Assembly: GCA_030390025.1 (NCBI GenBank)
Contig: CM059439.1
Span: 59,954,001 to 60,018,000 of the forward strand
From: Squalus acanthias
Taxonomy: Eukaryota
Length of the DNA: 64,000 nucleotides
Direction of reading: 5' to 3'
Shown in pieces: positions 25,401-37,400 of the stretch; the first letter of the stretch is position 1; every line of letters starts with the position of its first letter. The notes under the pieces were generated by a model. It saw only the letters and a list, made by a program, of their open reading frames with translations, had not been told where the DNA came from and did no database searches. A program made the translations under genes and the position numbers.

Positions 25401-28400
25401 TTCGGAGCGCTGCTCCTTCATCAGGTGAAGGAGCAACCGCTCCGAAAGCTTGTGATTTCAAATAAAACTGTTGGACTATAACCTGGTGTTGTGCGACTTC
25501 TCACTTTTGTCCACCCCAGTCCAACACCGGCATCTCCGCATCATGGCCATTAAACATAAACATTGATAATCTTGGGGTCCACACCTGAAGAGTTCGTCCA
25601 TTGGACAGGAGGTTGTGGGTGTTGTCTGCTCTCAACTGATGCCCATCCTTCAGCCAGGAAATTTTGGGAGTGGGAGTTCCGCTGACCATACAGTCCAACA
25701 TGGCAGTCTTGTTTATCAGCACAATGACTTCTTCTGGTAAATCAGTATCAGCCCCTTTAATAGTAGGAGGAGCTAGATGGCAAAGTACAATGCAGTTAAG
25801 AATTGTTCAGCCATATCCTTTTCAACTTTTTGTCTGTAATACCAAGCTACGGCAATGAAAAATCATCAGTTTGCCCTGCTTTACGTAATAAATCAGTTGC
25901 TCTCAGTTCCAAGACAGCAGTTCAATTGACATCATAATCTATGCGATTGAGCAGGGCTAACCAAATTCTAGTTACGCAATTAGAATTTCTAATAACCAAT
26001 AAGATAGCAGGATTTTGGTTACCAGCAGTGAGTTTTGTTTAATTCATTACAAAGTACAGTTTATTCAGCTACATAATTTGTGTTGATAATTGTGACCAAG
26101 GGTGGGGGGGCGGGGTGGGGGGGAGAGAGAGATTCAGCTAATGTTTTTAAAGATACGTAGTTCATAAACTTGAGCATTATTGTGCCATGAAATTCAATGG
26201 TTGGTTGCGCCCATGATACTCACTCATGACTCTCAGTTCATACTGAATAGAATCCTCGCCTGCTTCATTCATAGCCACGCATGTATACCTCCCAGCATCC
26301 TCTGTCTGTGCTCTGGGAATTTGTAGCACGCGTCCTCCTAATGGATAATGAGCACAAATTGATATATCGGAATGCTTAGGCTTTAAGGACATATTTCTTT
26401 TCAATCTAATACTAAAATACTAAAAGAAATTCAAATTATATCATAAGTCGCGACATCAACTCATATTTTATAAATACTGGTGGATCTCCTGTGGCACTGC
26501 TCACAGGTATTCCGGAGCACATTTGTGATATTTAGCTGCTAACCCCCTCACCCCTCTGCCCCCGATCCCTTTAAGGCCCTGTTTTGTGGTTGCATTTGGG
26601 GAAAGAGGTCTAAATAGGTCCCGAGGTAAATCAGAAACTAATTATCGTTGAAAGTTTCTCAAGATTGGCAAGTGCTTGGTTCTTCTCCTTAGGGAGAGAC
26701 AAGGTTATCTCAAAGTCAGGAAAAAGACAACTGAACATGAACATGACTCGCTTTCTTCCTTTTCTAAGATTGTGCAGCTGTGATATGTTGGTGTTTTACA
26801 CAAAATATGACATCTGGAGTGTAAAGCATACACTCAAAACAATGATCTTAATAAAATGAAGCCAATGTTAATGACAGTTAAAAGTAGAACTGAAATTACA
26901 TTGAATTAAGACTGCAAGATATCAGTACAGAATAACATTGTCACATATTTCCTTACAGATGGTGCATCGAAGTTCTACCTGCCATGAGGATGCACCCTTG
27001 GCTAATTTTACAAGGACAGGAGTTTTTTTGCATTGTTTGGCTGACTCCCTGGCCTACACTGAGGTGTCCACCTGGAGCAGGGGACAGAGATTGGCTGCAG
27101 CAGTCCTCAGAGGCCTGATGCAGCGTGCCATTGTCAGAGGCCTCTTTGCCAACTGCAGAATTTTGAAAACACTTTTATATATAAAAGCGCTATAGTGTCC
27201 TTTCTGGCCTGGGAAGAATTAAGTATCCCTGCTGCCACCCACAGCAATGCTGGACACCAGGCACCAACAGGCAGCCCCTGTGTCCACTGTTGCTATGGCA
27301 CAAATGATGGAAATTATTTCAAGTGACATATTTCTGTCATTTTCAGACCATTACAATGCAGCCACTTGAAGTGTTGGGGGACATATTGCACTGTCACTTC
27401 TGGTGGGTGAACTCGGACGTGGCAGAGGAGCGACCCCAGAGAATTTCCTGCTCAAGTTACGTCTGGGGGCTGCCATAACTTGTACAGAAAATCTAGGCCA
27501 GGATGTCCAAACGATGGCCTGCACTCTGGATCAAGGCCACGTACATGGAGTGCAGCTTGCAGCATCGACAATAAGGACAGGAGCGTGCCAGCTTAAAATT
27601 GGGCGAGAGGGGAACAGTGCCAGCATGGAATTGGTAGGGTTGGGGGGGGGGGGGATGAAAACAACAGTACTATTGTGAAATTCGGGGGAGGGAATGAAAA
27701 TAACAGTGTAAGCATAAAATTGGAGAGGGATAGTTGAGTGCCATCATGAAATTAGAGGGGGGACAAAGAGGAGAGACACAATTTGAACTGGAGAGACGGC
27801 AGAGAAAGAGTACCAGCTTGAACTGGAGGAGGAAAAGGGAGAAGAGAATCAGCTTAAATTGAGAGGAAGGGGGAAGATGAGTGCCAACTTGAAGTGGGAG
27901 GTGGCAGGAGCAGAGAGGATGCAAAAAGGGCAAGAAATTCTTGGCCATCCTAAGGAGATATGCCGTTATACTGAAAACAAAACAATAAGCAGGCATGTTA
28001 GTAGGGTTGAAAAAGAAAGGGAAAGAAAGATACTCCAATCACAAAAGAAGTTAATGAAAGAAAGAAGAATGAACTTGCATTTACATATCACCTTTCATGA
28101 CCTCAAGACGCCCTAAAGCGCTTCACAGCCATTGAAGTACTTTTGAAGTGTAGTCACTGTTGTAATGCAGGGAAATACAGTAGCCAATTTGCAAACAGCA
28201 AGATCGCACAAACAGCAATTAAATAAATGAGCTTATGATATGTTTTAGTGATTTTGGTTACAAGATATATATTGACTAGGATACAGAGTCGAAAGGCCTA
28301 TAAAGTGCTTAATAGGAAACGTTTAGATGATATAAAAGGTCAGCTCATCTCAAAGAACAAAATAATGTGCAAGTATCCAAGGATGATAAAAAAAGGGAGC

Positions 28401-31400
28401 AGCCAACACAAAGAAAAGGCTAAAAAAATGGGAAATTGAAAAGAAGGAAAAATAAAAGTTGCAGATGCAGAAGGTCTGAAATGAAAACAGACAAATGCTG
28501 AAATACACAGTCGGTCTGCCAGTCTGAAGAGAGAATAAACAGGCCAACAGGCAAATCACAGAGAGGCCCAGGCTACATGTGTGGCCAAAACTGAGGTGTT
28601 TGGCAAACTGCTCACCTAAATCTGCTTTTGATCTCTCCAATCTAGAGAGGACCACCCTGTGAGCAGTGAATACAGACTGGAGGAAGTGCATGTAAATTGC
28701 TGTCTCAGATAGAAGGAATGCTTGTCACCCTAGACAATGATGTGAGAGGAGATGAATCAAATGGTGTTGCATCTGCTGTGGCTGCATGGAAAGGTGCAGG
28801 AAGGTTAGCTGGAACTAGGGGTGGTAGAGTGAAAAAGTAGGGAGCAGTCCCTGCAGAAAGCACAGAGGGGAGGGGAAGACGCGCTTGGTGGTGGGATCAT
28901 GTTGTTGGTGGCATAAATGGCAGATGATGATCAGGAGAATGCAAAGGCTGGTGGGGTGAAAGATGAGGACAAGAAAGACCATGTTGTTGCTGTTGTGAAA
29001 GCAGGGGTAGTGGGAGAGAGGAACTATTTTGGAGTTCTAAAGCGTATTAAAAGGTAATTGAGAGCTTGACATACATTGTAATATAAGTAGATTCTATTTC
29101 AATGCAGCATTAATGATAAATAAAATATTGGAGGATTTTAAAAATGATTAATTTTGGTGTTCCTGCAGGCTGTGACTAAGAATTGTTTTTAAGATAATAA
29201 AACAATCCCAAAATTCACAACTATTTGTGTCAGCTCCATCATTCTGATTGGAAAAGTCTGAATAAACACCATCGATATTTCCAGATCTTCAGAAATGTGT
29301 ACTGACCAGGATGAGGTGTGCATCCTGAGAGATGGTTCATTTGTACCAGTTAATGGGGTATCCCAAAATCAGCTGAAAGCTGGAATAAACGAATATATTG
29401 ATGAGAGTGAGGAATGTTTGATGCTGCTGAAACCTGGAGCCGAAGCTGCAACTGCAAGATGCTCAGCTGCCATTGTAATTTATGCGATCTGCCATTTATG
29501 CCACCGACAAGATGATCCCACCGCCAAGCACATCGTCCCCTCCCCTCTGCGCTTTCTGCAGGGACTGCTCCCTACTTTTTCACTCTACCACCCCGAGTCC
29601 CAGCTAACCTTCCTGCACCTTCCCATGCAGCCATGGGGTAAAGCAATGGTTATATCCCCAGATATCAGAAATGCAATTTCCAGTGTGCATGATCTGTAAC
29701 TAAATACCCTGAGAGTTAACGAGAGTTAACCTGCAGAGTTTGAGTGACTCTAGCTGTCAGTGACTTCATATTACAAGCAATTTTCTTCCGTCTATGGCAG
29801 TAAAATTTGTTCATACCTGGCAGTATCAGAACTTTGTCACTGGACGTCAACAGTTTGCCATCTTTGTACCAGGTGAGAGATGGCGGTGGAACAGCGTTGG
29901 TCTCGCAGTACAGGGAGATGGGGTTGTTAATGACGACATCCTTAAAATCAATACTCCTGCTCCCCTCCAGTGCTCCACCCTTTGTATCGCGAATATTTAC
30001 TGGCTTCACAAAACTTGGCGGAACTAAATAAAGGATTAAAAGAATAGTCATAAGATACAAAATAGTTTTTTTTACAAATCTCTTTCACATTATAAGATTG
30101 CAATTTCTTTACGATAAAAGGCACAGCATAAGAGCAATTAGAGAACAAGCTCAGTATCCAGTAGATGTAAAAGGTAACTCTGGTGTAGGCTGTCTAACAG
30201 TATACAGAAGAGAATTACATACACAGACATTTACTTAAAAAATTCTGAAATTATAGGGAAATAAATCATCCAAATTAGTCTTTTTATATGTTTTGTGTAA
30301 TAGGTAGTATAACAAGGTGAAGTCAGAGGGAACTAGATCCACCCAAGCCAACTACAAGACTGACGGACCTTTTATTTGCCAATATAGATGTCAGTCTAAA
30401 CCACAGCACAGTGTTTTGGCGATTAAACGCTGACTTCTAACCTACTGATTGTAGATTTGACTCATACTGGTGAAGACTTGGTTCAATTCTCTGTTAGCTG
30501 TGTGGTTGGCATGGCCAAGAGTCATAGATCATCCCAGCTTGTTTATCTGGGAGTCAAGCGCCCTTCAAAAGATGGTTGTATCACAAAGTACTTATAGGAA
30601 TAAGCAGATAATATAATCTAACCTTGAACATTTACATCATAGTCTTTTTCATCCTCTCCAGCAATATTGGTGGCAACACAGGTATATCGTCCTGTATCTG
30701 AAATCTGGGTATTCTTGATTTGAATGATACGGCCATTTGCAGTGATAGTGATGTGATCATCTTTCTTGAGAGGCTGGGAATATAAAGGGTTTTTTTTCCC
30801 CATGAAAATTCAAAGCTTTCGATCTTCCTTTACTTTACAGTAATAATCATAGAAACACGTACACTTTGGGAAAACTGATCTGAACCTCTTGCTGTGCTCT
30901 CAACAGATAAGTGGATTGGTTGGAAGGAAACTGATGCTATTGACTGTAGTTTAATAAAAGTATTGCTGTTTTTTCTCCCTCCTTCTCTTGCTAATATGTT
31001 TCTATGGGCTGCAAATGCCCTCCATTACCTCACCAAAGTGGCTATTCTTATAGTCTGAGCTGACTGTGATGGGCATTACAGCCATGCTAGAACCTGTCCT
31101 CACCTGACATCAATCTGTTCACTTTCCTGCAGTAGAATGGGAACTCTGGCTGATGTGTTCATGTATCACTTTAATAATCCACTCAACTATTACCTGATTC
31201 ATTGAGAACACTAGAGCATTTTGTGCTGGTAACTTCATGTACAATTTGTAATCCCTCACTTATTAAATGTAGAGAATAATAGATACCTGGGGATGACTTC
31301 AAGATAGTAATCTAATCAAGAGAACCATAGGATTTTACAGCACAGAAGGAGGCTATTCACCCCCACATGTCTGTGCCAGCTCTTGCTAAATGAATCCAAA

Positions 31401-34400
31401 ACTAATCCCACTGCTTTGTTCTCAACCCCTAGCCTTGTATCTTCCTCTGCTTCCAATATTTATCCAATTTCCCCTCATCCACATACTTATTAAGTCCCTG
31501 GCTGGGACTCCCCTCTGCAATCCTACCCAAAATCAGGGTGGGATTGTGGCGGACAACGATGAAAAATTTGGACAGTAGGCCAACCATCACCTCACTGCCC
31601 CAACTGAGATTTTCCACCTCCGCTGGGACCACTAATAGCTCCACCTCTCCCACCTGCCAATGCACGGTGCAGGACCCAGATCCCCAATGAATTTCTCTTC
31701 TGTCTGCCCAACTTACTACTGCTTCCTGGGGCGCCATGGGGAAGGTGGCTGTAAGCCCAGAAACTGGTGGTAATGACCCAGAATTTTACCAGTGGTGGTA
31801 AAGAACCCGGTGGCTGCCTCCTCTACTCCCAACCCAACCTCTGCGGCCTACCAGGATGCCGATCTTATCATTGGGGCGTTTCTGCCCTTTAACTGTCTGG
31901 ATTCCTGTTCTGCAGCACTGCCAGGATTTCATAGCTAGGCAAGGGCGGTGGGAATCCTGCCAGGGACTCACCATGCAACGATGACCCCTGACTAAAGAAA
32001 CTGGGTCGGGGTTCCAGCAGTAAAGATGGGCAGAAGCCCAGTTTGATATCATCAGTGAACATTATTGTTCATTGGTTCTATGCCATCCTTCAGTTGCTAT
32101 TAAGACAAATATTCCATACCGTCTCAAATATCAGAGATCAATTCCCAGCCAGCTAGTCAGATTCCTCAGATTTTATAAGCTATTCAGAAAGAGGAATACA
32201 TTTTTTGGACATTCAGATTATATGAAATCAGAACTATTCCTTTTTAAATACAGTTTAGGCACATTTGCTCTTTAAAAATAGCAATTCACTCTCTTCTCCA
32301 GTTGGAATTCTCTAAATTGGTATTGCTTTCATTATCTGCTAGTGTTCACTGTGACACTTGAATGGTTAACCTGATTGCATTATGGACAATACAAGTTGTA
32401 TCAGAAACATCTTTTCCCACAATACAAATGTGTTACTTCAAATGCTCATTCAATATTATACATGAAGGACTAAACACACCTGTCCATCTTTGTACCAACG
32501 AAGGGAGGCTGCTGGGATTGCGTGAGACTCACACTCAAGAGTCAGGCTGTTGTTTACTTTGATCTTAATTTCTTTAGGTGACAGACCAAAACCTGGGACA
32601 TCATCTTTGTTGATAGTAGGAGGGACTAGGCAAATAAAAGATAACAGCAAACCATTACACTCCAAGTTTCCTGATTAAAGTGGACTTAGCAGCAATATTC
32701 TCCATTAACAGACTTACTAAATGGAGTGGTTGCTAATCTATTAGGCATTTCACAGAATTTCAGAATAATTGAACTACACTGAAAGCACTTACTGTACACT
32801 TTTACTTCATAATTCTTTAGTGTTTCTCCAGCTTCATTAGTAGCAATACAGGTATATCTTCCTGCATCCTTTTCCTGAGCATTCAGAATCTGAAGAGTTC
32901 GACCCCCTAAAGTTGGGAAGGAAAAGCGGAGGCAGAATTAGCTGAACTTACACTAGCAATGAAACTTGTGAAGTGAGATCTGCAAAGTCTCAATATTAGC
33001 CAAAGTGGGGACTTGAACTCATGTCTTCCATATTTGAAGTCCAAATCTAATACTTTTCATTAGAAGTCCTGTATGTCGATCAAAATATGATGTAATTTTA
33101 TTCAAACTTAATCAGGTGAAATAATTAGGGTTTGATAGGATATCAGCTGGTTGGCAGCTCTGTCCAGTCAGTTAATCATCATGACCTGATGCTCTTCCTT
33201 CTGTCAACTCTCCCAGCTGTATGCCCATTGTCACTCTTCCATTTACGCGTTCCCATGTACTGTCCCAGCATCTCAGTTTTGACTTCACACATAGTCTGTT
33301 CCCAGCTGCCACCTATTCTATTATCTTCTGAGGATAGCAACATGCATGTTCTGCCCATGACAATCTTCTAGCTTTCTTAATAATTACAATTCTGATTTAT
33401 ACCAATACCTTTGGGAACAATCTTACAATTGAGCGTATTGCTTAACTACAATGTTTGACTTAGCTCATGTCCAAGTTAGGTATGAGCTTTCTTCTGCTCA
33501 CTGTTCTTATATCAGTTCCAATGAATGATAGCAACACAATTAGAAAATCACAAAAAGGAGTAAAGGTGTTCAAATTGGACAGTCTTTCAGTTTATTTAAA
33601 AAAGTTTTATAATATTGTTAATCTGCTACTGAATGTCCACTGTGCATTTCATTATTAAGATATCATACTCTCAAAGTATAATAAAGACTTCCCGGGCAGA
33701 AGATCATCAACAGTTTATTTTCACACTTGGTGGGGAGATTATAAGCACATTTATAAAGCACAGGGTTACAACTTCACTATATCTAAATCTCCCTCTGCCT
33801 TGAATTTAATATTGTACTTCTGAAAATTGTTCATGAAAGTTTGAGTGAGGTCTTGAGCTTTAGAATCTTGGTCTAATAGTCGCACCCTGGTCTGAGATGT
33901 AGGTAGAATGTTGAAGCACATGATTGAGTGTTTTTTTATATGCATGTAACATTAAAAATGGCATTTAAAAAAAATGATTTTAAAGTGAAGGTTAAGCTAG
34001 TCAAAGAGCTGAATGGTGAGCAAGAATTGACAAAGAAATTAGAATTTGCAGCATATGAATGTTATGCTGTGGGAATGGACGGGTTACCAATATATTGTGA
34101 CATCTTTACTGAAATGGTGTGTATTATGCAATTCATAGAATGGAAGAAATTATGGATGAAAAGTAGGATATTAAACCGATCAAACTCATCCGCTCCACAG
34201 ACTACGGCCCCGATTTTAAGTACGGGCAAGGTTTTGGGTGGGTGGGTAGCGGTGTGAGTTAGTATCTCACCTGCTGCTCCAGAAATGAGGCCTGGGCTAT
34301 TTTAATTCCCAAGCCACATTTAAATCCCACCGGCCAATTTCCCACCCATTCCGGGTGAGAAGTCAGTGGGAAGCGGTAGAAAATTGCGTTGCCCAGAGGT

Positions 34401-37400
34401 CGCCTGCCAACAGCAGATAGGTGGTGGGAGCAGCTGCCGGGGCTGTCTCGCTGGAATCTTGTGATCGGGAAGGGGGAACGAGTCTGTGGCAGGGGAGGGC
34501 AAAACTTTCCTTGTGGGGTTCGGAGGAGCACATCTGCTTCTCTTGGCCCCACAAGGAAAGTAACACAACTTATCTTTTTGGGTCTCTTATGGCCCAGATC
34601 CTCTTCCCCGCTGCCTTCATCTAGAGGGAAAGCCACTATGGCTTCCTGCTCAGGCTATCCAGTTAAAACTGCAGTCAGGCCACAATGACGTCATCGGGAC
34701 ATGATATGGATATGTAAAAGTGGAACCTGCCGGCTTTGGGTGGATGTCCTTGCCTGCTGCCCGGTAGAGATGGTTAAAATTGGGAATGGTTAGCTCCCTA
34801 TGGCTCTAGGGCAGGTAAATAAACTGGGCGATTTTAACTGGCTACCCACCCAGTTTCCGCGAGGCAGGTAGAGGTGAAATCGACCCCTATGTATTATTTT
34901 CCTCATCACGAGCTGTTATCCATATGTTGCAAGCATAAGAGATAGTCAAAAGCAGTCCTGAAATAGGGTCTAAGTGGGAGTCTCAAGGTAGCAGTGAAGT
35001 GAAGTTGAAGGTCTAATTTCTGACTCCCATTGGGCACTATGTTGCCCCCTTTGACAACTGCAGTGGCTGGGAAACCTGTACTCAACTCCCTCAATCTCCG
35101 AAGGGAGGCAAACAACCACAGACAAAACCTCCTGACGATGCGTTTCTGTGAAACATCTGCATGTCCCCTAAAGTAATCAAGCAAAATTGCAGGAAGTTCA
35201 GCCCACCTTACTACCCACAATATTGGGCTCTGACCTATTGTGTGCTACAGAGGAATCATCCATAGTCCCAGCAGCACAAGAACCATTCTCTTCCACCGAA
35301 AAAATTATCATCTGTGTTTATTCTTCAATCCCGTTGTTAATGAGATAGTTGTCCAGTTCTTTTTAAACAACTGGCTTACGCTAAGTGTCTATTCTATATA
35401 TCTGCTACTCTCCAAGAAACATTTCCCCCCCAAATTTCTAGCCTTGCTTGAGGTTTGTTCATTTTGTATTTACGTCTATTTTGAATCAGAATCAGCTTGT
35501 TTCTACATTAGGCCGTATTTTACGACCCTCACAGGTGCATACACGCCCATAGGGGCCGTGCAAGTGCCAGGTTTAGGCATGAGAAGAGCATTCGCTGAAA
35601 CCCGGCACTTGCGATCTGTCTGTCAAGAATTCTCTTGACAGATCCTCCGCATTCACGGGAGAAGGGCCTCCGCGGGTGGAGAGTTGCGCTTTTTGCACAA
35701 TTTCCGCCTGCTGAATGCCTGTCAAATTCTTACGCCTGGTAAAAGCAGGCATAAGGCCTGCTTTTGCCAGCATAAGAGTTTTAAAAAATAGAAAAATAAA
35801 ATTTGATCACTCGTTTATAAATTAAAAATACTCTTCAAAAAAGTTTATTTTTAGCCCCGTAAAAACATTTAATTTATTTTTCAAAAAATTAAGTTTTTGT
35901 TTAAAATATTTAGTTAAATGGCATTTTAATTAATTTTAAATATGCAATTTAAAAAAAAATGTATTTAATGTGTTGGTGTATCTTTTAGGTGATCCCCATT
36001 CATAGTTCTGTACGGAACTGTCAAAAGTGTCAGAAGTATGAATGGGGAATTCCCTTCTTCCATTGATTCGGCCAACCCACGTGATCCCAGGAGCGCCTAC
36101 GAACCGCTTGCGCCCCTGGGATATGTGGGGCTCTGCCTGCGCTGACCCGGAGAGGCCCAGGATCATAAGCCGCCATTCCACCCGGGCATACAGGTACTTT
36201 CGTAGACATTTTGCAGGTCGGAGGCGTCCGCCCGCGGGAAGCCTCCGATCGCAAACGTTGGCCCATTATGTCTGCTTCTCATTATTTTAAGGATATAGGG
36301 CCCATTCCCTCTTAATCATATTTTCTCTACTTAGACAAGCTGCGATTCATACTAGAGTATTAAATTATACTAGAGTTTTGCATATTGAGTGTTGTATATT
36401 ATACTATATGCAATTAATATGTAGAAATGTCCCTAATGGTATACTGATGTTACATGTAAATTAAACGTAATATAATGTGTATTACAGCATCTTCAAGAAG
36501 GTTGAAATTATTTTTGTTAAAATTGGATATTAAGAGCTCCGCCAATGACCTAATGGGTGAAGACACTGTCCAGTGCAGCACTTCATTCATACAGACCAGA
36601 AAGCCCCAGCTTTGATTCCCACTCTCTGCTGAATTAGCTAATCTAATTCAGATCAGTAGTTTACAATACTACAACTTTCCTCAGCACCTCTGTCCAAGAC
36701 CGCAAAGTGTTGAAAATAAAGGTTTCAATGTTTGACACCACATTAACAGAAACTTTACATGAACATTGCATAAAACACCCAAGTGCCTACCCTTGTGTGT
36801 TGTTGGTTGGTATGATTGGACTAGGATGAGGGTGAGTGTGAGGGGTGGCTAGTGAGATGGGGGAGTGATAATGTAGGTAGAGAGGGATGGGTGGAGGTGC
36901 AAGGTAAGTTGGTGTGAGTAAGGATGTGCAGAGTAGGGTAGGGAAGGCAGAGTGATGGGGATGTGATGAGTGGCACAGCAGGATGAGGTTGAGTGTGGCT
37001 TTGCAGTAACGTTTCGTGATCTACTGAGATCAGTGAAAGGTTTGCCCCACTGCAGCCTGGTCCTCCCTGACGGCATCTCTGCTTGTGTCCTCCTGTGCAA
37101 TGTGCAACCAGGCTGCGTTGATCTCCTGGGGAGGTCTCTTCCACCCATTGGAAGGGAAGAGAACCTCCCTGCGTGCTGTGACTCCCTCCATAAGCATATG
37201 GAGGGAGTCATGAGAGAGCCTGGGTGCAGCCCTGCACCTTTGTGCAGTGCTCGTCAGTGTTTGCACCAGCTCAATGCTGTAGAACACTGACAGCACAACT
37301 ATCAAAATCAATTTGCGCATGGTCCCTTTAAGGAAACCGGCTGATGACGCGTCATCAAATGATGTCATCAGACCCACTTCCTTCAATTGGCCGGCAAACG

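Noticed and set aside
22285-32050. Additional GC-rich patches (about 22290-22446, 26950-27500, 31535-32050) as MITEs
   Set aside because: Probably old DNA-transposon remnants, but TIR pairs and TSDs could not be established by eye
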